This document shows, piece after piece, positions 11,031-25,425 of a stretch of 64,000 nt of DNA. Where the stretch lies: positions 30,262,401 to 30,326,400 of the forward strand of contig CM120641.1 of the NCBI GenBank assembly GCA_051362555.1. Reading direction: 5' to 3'. Position numbers and translations under genes: made by a program. Under the pieces are notes generated by a model that was not told where the DNA came from, did not search any database, and saw only the letters and a list, made by a program, of their open reading frames with translations. This DNA comes from Lingula anatina. Its lineage: Eukaryota > Animalia > Brachiopoda. Numbering within the stretch: the first letter of the stretch is position 1; every line of letters starts with the position of its first letter.

Positions 11031-14000
11031 TCTACATGTTCCATGTTCAGCTTGTTTTTGAGAGGGGATCCTCTCAAACATGCATTTTTATTGAATTTAC
11101 ATAACAATTAACGGAAATTGCTCATTAAATTTAAATGTGAGTATCAGGAATTTTAAAACTTGTCTACCTATTTTGCCTCTTTAAAAATTATACTTCTCTA
11201 TTTAAGATACTCAAATTCTATTTACTTTGCCCATTTCATTTATAAGGCTTATAGCTCTATATAGCAAGCATCACCATTAATTAGGTTGTGGTGTTCAAAA
11301 GTGCATTTTAATTAATTAAATTTTTTTTACACTTGATTCTTCATGTTTGGATTTAATGTCTTATAAATGACAAGTATTTTTTAATGTGATTTTTGTCACT
11401 TATTTTTCTTTATACATGTTGCACTAGGAAGTTTTTTCACAAAATCTTTTTTCTTTGGTGTTTCTCAGCAGTTCCAGTACTATCATGTCTGGCTGCATGA
11501 TCTTTGATGTGCCTTCCCAGTTTTTTCTCATTTATTTATTTATTTTTCATTTATTTTTACTGCTTGTTAACCTCTCATTGGTGGAAACTTTTCAGCCTCT
11601 TGCAATGTGCTGTGAAACCTATAGATTATAAGTTATATAACTTTGCCTGGTTTTTCTGAAATAGAGAAACAGCTCATGAAGTCTTCATGTCAAAGAGTAA
11701 GTTACATGATGTTCCTGACCCCTTCCAGTCACTTTATTCTTCAGCCCTTTCTGACCTTTTATCTTGTAGTCAAACCTGTTTGTTAACTTTTAATTATCAA
11801 TTTTATCATTTGAGGGCTTTAAGAGATAAAAGCTGTTGTCGAATTTCCTATTTCTGTATTACTCTGACAGTCTTATTACAATCTTAGTGCAGATTGGTTA
11901 GGAATTGAACACTTGCATGCATTAATATCATACCTGGTACATGCATGTTAGGGTGATGTAGATTGAACAAAAGCATGTGAATATCTTTTAAAAAGTTGAC
12001 CCACCCATATTGGTGTATCTTGGCAAATTGACACCATGCTGGGTGTCCCTTCCGCCTGAGGGCAGTTCCTCTGTCCACCACTTTAGCCTTTAAAAAGTTA
12101 TTTGTCAAGATTACTCTAACAGTGGCCTTGGCTGTTCAAAATAAAAAGTAAGATACAAAGATACTCTGCACTGAGAGATGGGACACCCATACTAGTGAAT
12201 CTTGACAGGTTCACACCTCTCTTGGGGTTCCATCCCCCGAGGGAAGTTCCCCTGCCCACTAGGGTAGCTTTTAATAGGTTTTCTTTGAGAATTACTCTTA
12301 TTGTAGCCTTGGCTGTTCAAAATAAAATATGGAATGTTAAGAAACCCTTGATTACCCATCTATCTTTTAGGATGGAATAAAATCTACCATGTTTCCATGT
12401 CTTTAACTTAAGTTCCACTCAGAGGTGGAGTTCTTGGGCAGGAGAATATCTGGCTGGAGAGCTGTACCCTGTGAGGAATTGATAAAGGTATAAAAATACC
12501 TAAACATGTGGAACTTTCATTTTCTTTTTCAATTTAAAAGCAAATTATTTTCATCTTAGATCATCATTTTCTCATTTTGATATTTAAAAAAAAAGAGTAT
12601 ACTATTTGTGGCTTTACAATTTTTCACTCTATGGTGAAAGCTGTGGGCAGGAGCATCGCTGCCCTCAGAGAAGGGACACCCAAATTATTGTGTATTGTAA
12701 GGTTGAAACCACGATGGGTTTCCCAGTCTTCTAGGACAGTCCCATACCAAACACCTCCAGCTGTCAGATTATCTAAAAATAAATTTTCATTGATTATACT
12801 GGTATTATCATTTCTTTTTCAGACTGGTTCCTTGCAACACAATAAATGATATGACTAGTAAGGTATATAATGATGGGCTTGTGTGGGACATCTTTTCTTC
12901 CAGGTATGCCTGTCTCTACAGTCTATTACTCTGCTGTTAGTAAATTTCATATGAAACAAAACTGCCCCAATTCCAGTGAAATTTTTTTAAAATTTCAGTG
13001 TTTATCATCAGACTTTGGAAATAATTTCTCTTTCCTTAACTGTTGCACAACTTGTGTATTGGGCTGTGTTAAAAGTTGTACAATCTTAAATCTCTGCCTT
13101 GTGGAAGGAGGGACTCCTGGGTGTACTTAGTTTTTTTTCACACATTTTTTATAATCTGATGGTTTTCTCTGAATTGTTTACCTGTTACGAACAGTTAGTG
13201 TGAGGTGTTGCTTTTTGAGTGACAGATTTGTGTTCAAAATGATTACAGTTGAGAATGGAATTGATATGTGCATTTATTAGTCAATCCGTTTTTCTGAATA
13301 TTTCTCTTTGAATCTTCTTTCATAAAGTTATTCTCTTTTATGTATAAAGCAAGCATGGCATTGATTTAGTTACATTTTTGAACAATTACACTTGTACCAG
13401 CCAATTTACATTGTATGGGCGTGGCATGTATTTATTCTTCTCCAAATTGTCCAGTGTGTTTAAACTTGAACATCTACAACTGTGGTCCCTAATTTACTGC
13501 AGCATTATCTTTACAAGTTAAGGTATGTATTAGCTAGTATTTGTATGTGCATGTTTCATGAGTGCATTAAAGGAGTACATAATAATAATGTACAGACATT
13601 TCTGTCAGGGCTCCGTATTCAGCGCAGTTAACATCTAGCACACTTTTTGTAATAAAACTTCCTGCCATGACAGTAACCAAGTGTTGGGTTTGTTTTTGTT
13701 TCAGTAAAAGCAGAGAATGACATAAAGTGGTCATTTCTTTTTTAGTTGAGTGATGTAGAGGTTTTAAATTAAAACCCAAATGAAGGAAAATTTCTACTTT
13801 AAGGGACAGTTCATAAAAATAAAAACATTATTTAAAAGTCACATATGGATATAGTTATAAATGAAAAAAAGTTTGGATGAAAGTCAACGTTTTTTTAACT
13901 ATAATCAAAATCCATTTATGGTGTAGAGGCCAAATTATTTGTTTAGGCCCATATTTGAGGATGTGGATTTGAAAAAATTGCCCTTTTTGCTGGAAAGGGT

Positions 14001-14924
14001 CTAAAACTTATCATGGTACCATTACTGTGACGTATCCCAAGTTGGATCAACTGAAGGAATAAAGAAAATTTACTTTTTCAGATAACAACAACCCCCCTTC
14101 AGCATCCCACCCTTCAACATTGCTGGCTACTTATAAATATTAAAATCACCTTTCAGCAAATTTTTCTCTTTTATTTAGAAAAGAAAAAAAGACAAAACCC
14201 ATTTAATAACATAATCAATATTATATTGTACCAGTAAAATAAAGGTATTTTAAGAAAATGATATTCTGAAGTGTTCAAACTGTCTGCCACAGAGCTAATA
14301 ATAGATGTGCACTGACCACCCTGAAAAATGAAAGATGAAAATATTAAAATAAAATTCAGTTAAAGTGTGTTAGCTGTAAAAAGATGTTGACAGTAACTCT
14401 ACAACCACTAGCTCCTGGCTGCTATCATATAATTACTGCTTTCATGTACAGTTTTACCAGCTGTTTGACTAAGTTTTCCTCTAAAACTCTTTAAGTTAAC
14501 TTTGTTATGATGTCATTAAAGCAAGGAAACAAGAAAAGAACTTTCTTGTGACTGTAAAATGAATCTGTTCTTTTATAAATACTGTAATTTTTTTTTCATT
14601 TCTAAATGTCTGATATGATTAGATTTAATAATGAATGATAATAATTATAACCATTTATGTGCTTATCCTGCATCTAAAGCAAGATCTGAAAATACTTCCT
14701 CTACCTTGATTGGAAGCAGTCCTTGGGAGCTGAAATATATGACACAGTATTACTTACTAATATGCAATAATAAATAACCTTCAATAAGCAGTCAGTGCAT
14801 CTTATTTCAAGTATGAAACTGCATCAAAATATTGACCATAGTTTAGAGTTAACAAATTTGCCAAGTATCATTTTAAACTTACAAAAAGCACAAACTGTGT
14901 TGGCAAAACATAAGGAATGTGTAT

Positions 14925-14962
<38 letters not shown>

Positions 14963-15436
14963 ATTCATAGTCACATTCCATCAGTGTAATAAATAGATCC
15001 CTATTCTATTGCCCCTGCTGCCTTAACATCTCTCCTTCATGTCTGCTGTTGCAGCCGTCATGTTTTTAACATCAACTGAAGAAAAAAAAGAAACCATACT
15101 TGTCCACAATAAGGATATCACATATTCAAAGATATACATGCAATAAAAACAGATAACAGTGAATTAACTTAGTGATTGTGCAAGAGAGTCCACTTATTGT
15201 GTGGGTAAATTTTTAAAGTGTCTGTTAAATTGATGCATACCATCTTACCTCTTTCTTTAATGCTCTCAGCATCTGACACACTCTTTCTGTCTTTGATGTC
15301 GCCTGAAGACAAAAATATGGAATAAGAACTATCTGTGTACAAATAGGATTTGGGCAAAAATACAGAATTGAAAACTCATTCAAAGTCTATTCATTAAAAA
15401 AATTAATTATTTTCATGAAGACCAGATTTAGTAGTA

Positions 15437-16625
15437 TAATAATAATAATAATAATAATTTATTAAGCCAATAAAATACAAATGTATAAAATCGGGAATCT
15501 TTTGCCCTGTAGTAGCGCCATTGAAATATAAAGAATGAAAATTAAAATTACATGTTAGAGTTAAAAATAGTTACTGCCGAAGGATAAAAGCTATTTAAAA
15601 ATCGCTTACTACCCTTAAAAGCTAAGAGTCTCGAATTGCTAGGTAAAAATTTAAAAAGGGTATGGGCTGGATGGGAACTGTCTGTCATTATTGATAATGT
15701 TTTCTTTTTAGTCCTGTCTAGATATATAGTATGGACAGGAGTTAGATCTGTTCCAATTACAACCCCTGCAGTTTCGACGATCTTTTCCAACTTGTTCCTC
15801 TCCTCCACAGTTGCACGTCCATACCAAACAGTTACTGAATAAGTTTAGTTAAAATACTCTCTAAAACACACCTGTAAAAGTTCGTTAAAATAAACACATT
15901 TCTGGTAAAAGCTTTCAATTTCCTTAAGAAATACATTCGTTGACGTGCCTTTTTCAATAGCTTCGTGATGTTATCGCCCCAGGTTAACCTATTATTCAGC
16001 TGAACCCCTAGTAATTTATAATTAGAAACCTGTTCGACCGCTTTACCGTTAACTTCCAAGGGATTTTTACTTATCTGATTTCTTCTGAAGTCTATGATCA
16101 TTTCTTTTGTTTTGCTCACATTTAATATCAAGTCATTGTCTGTGCACCAATTTACTAAACTTGTAACCGACTGCCTGTATGACATCTCATCATTATGGTG
16201 TATCAAGCCAAGGAGTTATAACTCCTTGCTTTTACTGACTGTTTTCTGTTTAAAAGAAAATCTAAAATCCAATCGCAGGGTGCTGGTGGAAAATTAAGAT
16301 CATCCAAAAGTTTAAAATACAATTTGCTTGGTACAATAGTATTAAATGCTGAGCTATAGTCAACAAATAAGATTCTAACATAGGCATTTTTACAATCGAG
16401 ATGTTCTATAACTTTGTGTAAACACATAGAAAGAGCATCGTCTACACTTCTGTTACTGCGGTAGGCAAATTGGAGTGGATCGAAGCTATTTGGCACTAAA
16501 GTTTTAATAAAAGACAAAACAAGTTTTTCGGATATCTTCATAGGCACCGGAGTCAAAGCAACAGGACGAAGATCATTTAAATTCTCTACAGTTTTACTTT
16601 TTGGCACAGGTATAAGACCAGCTTG
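15437..16625 (-). mobile_element. Rex1/Babar-clade LINE, 5'-truncated, RT core deleted, (TTA)n tail
   Basis: IPVPK..LNDLRPVALTPVPMK..DPLQFAYRSNRSVDDA..YVRILFVDYSSAFNTI; WCTDNDLILNVSKTKEMIIDFRR; KKARQRMYFLRKL; DSSHPAHTLF..RFLNSFYPSAV. Tail at 15437-15457. PQG and YADD motifs absent. Confidence 0.92.
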
Positions 16626-16776
16626 CTTGAGCAACACTGTTCGTATGTACGTGTGCATATGTTAGTATGTGTGCATGCATGTGCATATTTAATATGTGTA
16701 TAAAATCATAATTTAATCTGGGCTCCATTCGACCAGAGCATGGGGAAGCATGTGAGAGGCGAGATATACATGTATT

Positions 16777-16918
16777 ACAAGGACCAAAACTTTCACCCTG
16801 AAAATCAACAGCTACAAGGACCAAGACTTGCACCCTGAAAATCAACAGCTATAAGGACCAGGACTTGCACCCTGAGAGTCAACAGCTACAAGGACCAAGA
16901 TGTGACTTGCACCCTGAC
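16777..16918. repeat. 37-bp tandem repeat, about 3.7 copies
   Basis: acaaggaccaagacttgcaccctgaaaatcaacagct repeated. Confidence 0.9.
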
Positions 16919-18157
16919 AATCCTATTTGCATTTGAATAAACTTGTTTTAATTTTTATAAGTAGATTTTGCCTGTAAACAACATATATATATATAAAAAC
17001 TTGCACATTAAAAATAAAACAATACCTTGTTAAGTTGCATATACCTCTTACACTTTAACTAACTTCATGTGGTTAAAGCCTAAAATGATTACACAAACTG
17101 CATTTCTATATACTGATAACTAATAAATATTAATATTAGCAAGAGCACAGCTCAAGAACATATTTTTTCATCTCTTAGAAGTATTGCAGAGGTTGTGATA
17201 GTGGTCATTGCCACACAGCATTTGGCAATGATGGGTGCTTTTGTTATGATAATTGCAGGTGAAGGCATGGCAAAAGGATTAATCCTGGTCCTATACATTC
17301 TATTCAAGCCTAGAAGAAATTAATAGAGTTTTCAATAGAATATCTCTAAAAAAATTTCTTACTACATTTATTGCACGCTCACACGCATACACACTGAAAT
17401 TAATAATAATAGATTGCAATATTTGTAATAGGTAAACTTAAACAGCACCATTTACCTTAAACTGCACTATTTATACTTAATTCATGACAGTATTGATAAA
17501 CAAAGTTTATCTGGAATTGAATTTTGGGCAAAGTTGCACACCCATCATTCAATTAAAAACCCAATTTGAATCAAGGCCTGAAAATGTTAGAAAACACATG
17601 CAAGTCAGGGCACCACAAATTGTGGTGTACCCACTATCATGCCCTAATCATTGAAGGTTCTGTTTCATTTAATGTACAATAATTATAAATTTTAAAAGAT
17701 GAGTTTTACAGATGATCTTCATCTTCCCATTATATAGTAATTACATTTACTTGATCTTTTCCATATGAAAAAGTTGTGATTTTTACAAATATTGTATTCA
17801 GTATTTTCCAAGTCATAATTTCTAAAAATCAGATCATTCCTATGGGATGGTACAAACAAAATTATAAACATACTTCTATATAGTTATATTCTATGCAGAA
17901 AAAGTACAAACAAAATTATAAACATGCTACTATATAGTTATATTCTATGCAGTAAAAGCACCACAAATGCTATAAAGAATAAGTATTGTACTTATGAAAT
18001 GATGTATCTGAATGTTTGATAATTTTTGCCCATCAAAAAGATTGAGTGTTTACTATATGTTCTTTATTTTTGTGAAACAACTGTAATTTCCTTTTAAAGG
18101 CCGGCACAAATTAACTTAAAAGTGATGTATTTGCAGGTGTGTGTGTGTGTGTGCGTA

Positions 18158-18199
<42 letters not shown>

Positions 18200-21100
18200 T
18201 GAGAGAGAGATGAATCATATATAAACATCGACTAAAGGAGAGAAAGAGAAAGAGAGAGAGAAATTAATCATATGTAAGAAGCGACTGAAGGACCTCCACA
18301 GAATAAGGACCTGTAGATTTATTTCTGGTACATGAAGTGCAGGTCCTCTGGACCTTCAGCACCTTCAAAGTTTACATTTGCAATACACAAATGGAAAATA
18401 AAGGTATGATAACAAAACACAGATGCTAGCTGCCATATCCTCAAGAGCATTAAGATTGGTTCACCCTAACCAGACTAAAAACCAAAGTTTTGCTGGCAAA
18501 AACAATTCCATAATGGTCAATACCAACAGTCCCTTAAATGATTATTTGCCTATCACTTACTGACAAGACATGCAAACACACATATTATTCATCTGTGTTT
18601 ATAAATTGCCATTTTTATGACACTATTCCACCCAAAATGCCAAACCAATGGCGCAATAAAACTTATTTTGGGTTAATGTTTTTTTTTTTTTCTCAAAATT
18701 GATACAATACATTTGCACACACCCCCACACCCCGCAGGAAAAAGTAAACATGTTTAAAGCCAAATTTAAGATTCATATTATATTTTAAAACATGCCTATG
18801 GTTAGTTTACAATGTTGTACCTTTCACAACTTCTAGTACCAATTTTGCTACTCGCCAGTAACTATAAGAGAACATTCATTGAAATCGATGCACGGATATT
18901 CCTTTGGTGTATAAAATGTCACATAATTATATACTTTATCGTCTCGTTAAGTTTATTAGTATAAAACTCGAAAGGCCATTGTATAAACACGTATTCTACA
19001 TCTTATCGGTCTCTGGGCTACTTTTTCTTGGAGCTGCGCCCCCCTCCCCTCTTTGAAAACGAGGCCAAGTCTAATAATTTCCTAAATAACCGCCATGCGA
19101 GCTAGCCGTCTGCTCCCACAGGGTATTCTGTACATTATTATGTAATTCAGATGACAAATGATCATAGAGGTCAGTAGAAGATGGAGAAGACAGATATTTA
19201 GGGTACGTTGCTACAATTGCCACATCTCAGCCAAAAATTAAGCACAAAAAATGACATCAAGTTGCAGGGTATGAAATTCGTATAAATTTGAAGCCGGACA
19301 GCAGGGCTGGCAACTTGAAAAGTATCCAGCCCTGACCAAAAGTAGCCAATCCTGATTTTTTTTTGAAAATTACCTGATTAAACCAATTGCAGGCAAGAAC
19401 GATATTGAAACAGGGACTCTTAGTCTCAAAGTGAATTTATTCAAGTAGATTCTTCACTGTCAGCATCTGAAACGTTATGCTCTGAACCCAAATCGGAAAA
19501 GTCTGATTCACTGTGATTGTCATAATCAGAGGTTAGTTGCATAACCCGCTTGTTACAAATGCTCCATGGGCATACTTCTGAAATCTTTCTGGTTGTTCAT
19601 CAAAACCATTTTTTTCCATTAATACCTCTTGGTAAACTTTGTAAGTTTAATATTAATATGTGTAGTCATACATGTAATGTATTTTTTACCAAAATATTCC
19701 GTCAAATGAGCCTGGAAAATGCAGTGGATTTATTTTCAGATAAAAAGTCATTTCTTCATACTTGTGAACTCCTGAATATTTAATCTTGCATATAAGTCCA
19801 ATTTAAAGTCATAATAACTCTTCGTTTTGGCCAAAAATTGAATTTTCCTGGCATAAACGGCAATTTCCCATACTTACCAATGGTCAACGACCCCATTCCT
19901 GCATTCAAAGTTAGTCCAGGGTTTTTATGTACAGACACAGATGTGTCTGTACATATAGCCGTCATCTGCGTCTGTCGTCGCCGTGCACTTTTACCGATAA
20001 CACGATAAGTGGAAAACTGTTTTTTCTTTTGGCTTGAAACTTACAGAACTGATGAATATTCATAATACACAGGTCAAGTTCGAAAATCAGCATGATCGGG
20101 TCACTTATAGGGAATTTATGCTGTTTTTTCACTTTTTTCAGCATTTCTGCAACACCGATAACACAATAAAGGAAAAGCTGTTTTACCCTTTGGCTTGAAA
20201 CTTACAGAACTGATGAAAATTCATAATACGCAGGTCAAGTTCGAAAATCAGCATGATTGGGTCACTTATAGGGAATTTATGCTGTTTTTTCACTTTTTTC
20301 AGCATATATGCAGCACCGATAACACGATAAGTGGAAAACCATTTTACCTTTTGGCTTGAAACTTACAGAACTGATGAATATTCATAATATGCAGGTCAAG
20401 TTTGAAAATCAGCGTGATTGGGTCATTTTTATGTACAGACACATATGTGTCTGTACATATTGCCATCACCTGCGTCTGTCGTCGCCGTCCCTGTCGCCGT
20501 CGATGTCGCCGTCGCCGTGCACTTTCATCGTTAACACGATAAGTGGAAGACAGTTTTACTTTTTGGCTTTATATTTACAGAGCTGATAAATATTCATAAA
20601 ACGCAGGTCAAGTTCGAAAATCAGCATGATCGGGCCATTATTGTAGAAGTTATGCTGTTTTTTCATTTTTCAGCATATATGCAACCTTGTTAACACATTT
20701 TAAGGAAAACCGATAGGCCTGTTGTCATGAAACTCACAGGATTAATCAATCTTACTAAAACGCAGGTCAAGTTCGAAAATCGGCATGATCGGGCCACTAT
20801 TTTAGTAGTTATGCTGTTTTTTCATTTTTCAGCATATATGCAACACTGTAAACACATTATAAGAAAAACAGAAAGCCCAATTGTCATTAAACTCACAGGA
20901 ATGGTCAGTCTTACTAAAACGCAGGTTGAGTTCGAAAATCAGCATAATCGGGGCATTATTTTAGAAGCTGTTTTTTCACATTTCCTCAGATTTCCTCAGA
21001 TTTAATTCTTAGGCATGTTAATAGCCTTATTATTTAAGTAATAAGATACTTAAAAGTGTTTGTTTGACATTTCCTGCATCTTTTCAACATTGTTAGTTGA

Positions 21101-21651
21101 TTATGTAAAAATGATGGTAAACTTGTTATCAAATATTGTGTAATAAAGTGTCAAAAATGGAAATAAACTCATATCATTGCAGTTTGTCAGATTCAATCAT
21201 CCACTATGTTTAGAATCTCAGAATGGAGGAAATTGGACATTTAACACTGTGTTTTTTTTTGATAATTTTGCCATCTCATCAATTTTCTTAGTTGATCATA
21301 TAAAAATTGCAATAAACTGTTTATTATGTTTTATGTTTAAAAAGTGTTAAAAATGGGAATAAAACCATGTCACAACAGTGTTGTCTTGTTTACATTTTGG
21401 CATAATATTTTCAAGGTGTGACTTTGAAGTACCATTGGCCTGAAGACTTTTGCTGGTCATGTTTTATGAATGTCCATGTTACTAATATTTTATTATTTAA
21501 AATTGATGGTTATTATGCTGTTAAACATTATGTAATGTTGCATCAAAATTTGAAGAAACCCCTATTTTGGGCACTGCTCCCAAGATGACCATTTAAGAAA
21601 AACCATGTCACTAACTGTTTTCAAACTTACAGGAAAGAAACATGGGACTAA

Positions 21652-21865
21652 CACCCCATTTCCATATATTAGATCGACCTACTTTGGATCGACCTAACTC
21701 CCTGGGGGTTTGCACTGAATAGCTGTCAGCCGGGCGGACACAAAAATTAATTGCCCCTTACGGCTTCTAGTGGGCGGGGACGGACACTTAAGGGGGGTTA
21801 TCTGACGGTAGTCTGGTGAGATTCCCCGCGGTGAAAGATCGATCTAAAGTTGTGGGAATAGACCC
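21652..21865. mobile_element. Small insertion with TAA TSD (Harbinger-like MITE, degenerate TIR)
   Basis: ggac-TAA-[insert]-TAA-aatacagc versus the uninterrupted ggactaaaatgcagcc at ~42027; ttagatcga / tcgatctaa inverted match near the ends. Confidence 0.6.
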
Positions 21866-24045
21866 TAAAATACAGCTTCAGTAGGCAATGCAGCCTGTTT
21901 GGTAATTCTTTCTTCCAGTAAAACAGTTTTTTTTTATGTACAGACACAGATGTGTCTGTACATATTGCCATCACCTGCGTCTGTCGTCGCCGTCGCCATC
22001 GCCGATCATGTCGCCGTGCACTTTCAGCGTTAATACCATAAGTGGAAGACAGTTTTACTTTTTGGCTTTATATTTACAGAGCTGATGAATATTCATAAAA
22101 CGCAGGTCGAGTTCGAAAAGCAGCATGATCGGGCCATTATTGTAGAATTTATGCTGTTTTTTCACTTTTCAGCATATATGCAACACTGTTAACACATTTC
22201 AAGGAAAACTGATAGGCCTGTTGTCATGAAACTCACAGGAGTAATCAATCTTACTAAAACGCAGGTCAAGTTCGAAAATTAGCATAATCGGACCATTATT
22301 TTATAAGTTATGCTGTTTTTTCACATTTCCTCAGATTCAATTCTTAGGCATGTTAACAGTCTCATTATTTAATTAATAAGATACGTAAAAGTGTTTGTTT
22401 GACATTTCCTGCATCTTTACAACATTGTTAGTTGATTACGTAAAAATGATGGTAAACTTGTTATCGTGTATTGTGTAATAAAGTGTCAAAAATGGAAATA
22501 AATGGAAAACCATTTCACCTTTTGGCTTGAAACTTACAGAACTGATGAATATTCATAATACGCAGGTCAAGTTTGAAAATCAGCATGATTGGGTCATTTT
22601 TAGTGAATTTACGCTATTTTTTCACTTTTTTTCAGCATTTTTGCGACACCGATAACAGAATAAATGAAAAGCTGTTTTACCCTTTGGCTTGAAACTTACA
22701 GAACTGGGGCCGTATTCTCGAAAGGTTGTAACTTACAAATTCTTGTAACTTTTCACGTAAGTCCGATCGTTCACGTAAGTTGGTATTCTCAAAGGTTTGT
22801 AAGTTACAAACTCTTGTAAATATGCACGTAAATTTACAACTGCCTCCGACCTGTTGTAAGTCGCTACGAAAATTTGTACGCATGCGCACTTGGTGAAAAG
22901 TCGGGGAGAAAGTGTTGTCTGTGGGAATTTTATGCTCGTGTTTATTGTCGGATATTTTTGACAGCAAGTAAAATTATTTAACTTTGGATGTATTATTATC
23001 AGCGAGAAAGGTTCGCCTTTCGGACATTTCAGGTTAGTTGCCTAAAGTTAACGATTTAGATGAGAACAATACGTTTCTGTCGATCGCGCAATGGCAACAT
23101 GGCAGTTTGGTAGGGTGTCTGAATTTTTAAATTAAAACGAAAACTAACATTTTTTAAAGCACGTGAAATAACTATAAGTGTTGTGAGAAAGCCAAGTTAA
23201 TAAGCATTTTGGCGATATAAAGCACTTAAGTTGTTACTCAAAATTAATAAATTGAGCCGCGGCTGAATTTCAGATTTTGAATCTTCCGACTTTTTTAGGA
23301 TGAAGATACATATTTAGTCAGTGAATGAATCAAAATTATACCAAAACACCAAGTTTAATAGATGTGGTTTTGTTCGGAAGAAAATTGGCTTTCAGCTGAT
23401 GTATAATGTTTGCTGTAATTATATTGTTTACAAATATCCTGTGGTAATTTGTCGTGGAGGTGTATCTGAAAATCGCCATTTTTATTGTCGATTCTTTGAC
23501 TTGGTTTCTTATGCCTCTATTCCATACATGTGGCAGAGAAAATATATGTCTTCTATATCACTAAAAAGTCCGTTTCAAATGCTTTAAAATGATATGCTGT
23601 ACAACATGTATCAAAAAGCCTGCCAAATGATTTGAAACATATAGAAAAAATGTTGCAAATGTTGACCCCCTTTCGGTGAAGTGGTGACCTCGATCAGCTG
23701 ATGACTGCATTTAAAAATATGCATAAGTTTCATTAACTTTATTTTGTAGGTTTTTTTAAATAATAATAAATTGGGAGCATTCAGTGATGATTATAATGTT
23801 TTATCATCTACTTTTGAATGATTTTAGATATTTAAACAGTATTTTAACTAATTTAAAAGGCTCGGTTTATCCATTTAAATAAAGGATATCCAGTTCAAAT
23901 AATGAGGTAATCCTCACTGATGGAAAAAACAGATGACTTAAACTGTTTTAAATACCAAAAAAGACTTACTAGTAATGTGTGAGTTAGTAAAAGATTGTAA
24001 ATATTGGCATTTTTGATAGTATTCCACTTATGGCATTCCTTATAT

Positions 24046-25358
24046 GGGCATTTTTACAATCCTGGGCTCCTTTTTTTCCCCACCAAGGGTCAAAAATAGA
24101 AGTCATTTTTGTGTTGAAATGTGTACTTTTCTTGAAAGAATAGACCTGAAGGGTATAAGAAATGACAATCCCGAGATAAAACCTTGTGTATGTATAAAGA
24201 TATGATCATTTAAATTTTGAAAATCATTTTTTAATTTTGATAAGCTAAACCTTGAAGTGTGTGACTTTTATGGTAATTTAAGGTATTGATCTCCAAAAAA
24301 CCACTTAGTTTTACTCAGGGAGTATTGCTCTTTTATGTATTTGCAAAAAAAATGGATGAAAATATCCAAAATTTGACGAATCAATGACATTATGTAATTT
24401 TCCTGTTTCAGTATTAAATGTGACTCCATGAAGTTTTTGATTCTGAGATATTCTGAGGACTTCTGTACTTCATTTTACCTTGCATTAGTTCTTTATGTTA
24501 TGCTTCATGATTGTGTAAAATATTATTTTGCACGGACATGTGTGCTAATTGCAGTGTCATGTTAAAATAAATGTCCTTTCCGAAACATCCCTGTTTCGGA
24601 AAGGACTTTTTTTTAACATTTATGATATTGTTTTAATATATTGTAGTATTTGAGTTTTTATAAGTTTTAGGTGAAGTCTGTGAATAACTGGGCAAAATAG
24701 GTGGGAGCTGAACTAAAATTGAAGTCTTTTTATTACATTTTGTGCTTGTTTTGTCTATTTTGTACTAGTAATTCATTACTGGAATTTTATTTTATTAAAT
24801 ATTGATTCTGAGATATATTCCAGGTATATTTTACGCCATTATACCTTATTCCAGTTTCTTTTGTTACAGTGCATAGCTGTATAAAATATTATTTGACAAT
24901 GTCAGATTTACCAACAGTAAAGACATGTTTAAAAATATGTCCTTTTAGACATGTCCTTGTTTCGGAATGGACATTTGTTTAACATTTATGAAATTGCCTT
25001 AAGATCTCATAGTATGTTGGTTTACAAGGTACAGCAAGGTGAAGCAATCATTAGACAAAATATGAGTAAACTAGATTAAAACTGAATTGTTTTTATTACA
25101 TTAATTGGTCATTTTGGATAGTTTTTGATTCTTTTTTGAAATGTTACTCCCTTAGTATTTGATCATGATATAAAATATAGTCTTCTACACTCCATTATAC
25201 CCTATTCTACTTCCTTTTGTTACAGCTCATAGCTGTATAAAATATTATTTGACAAGGTCAGGTTTAAATTTAGTAATTACATTTTTAAATATGTCCTTTA
25301 AGGCATGTCCTGTGTTTCGGAATGGACATTAATTTAACATTAACGAAATTGCTTAAAT

Positions 25359-25425
<67 letters not shown>

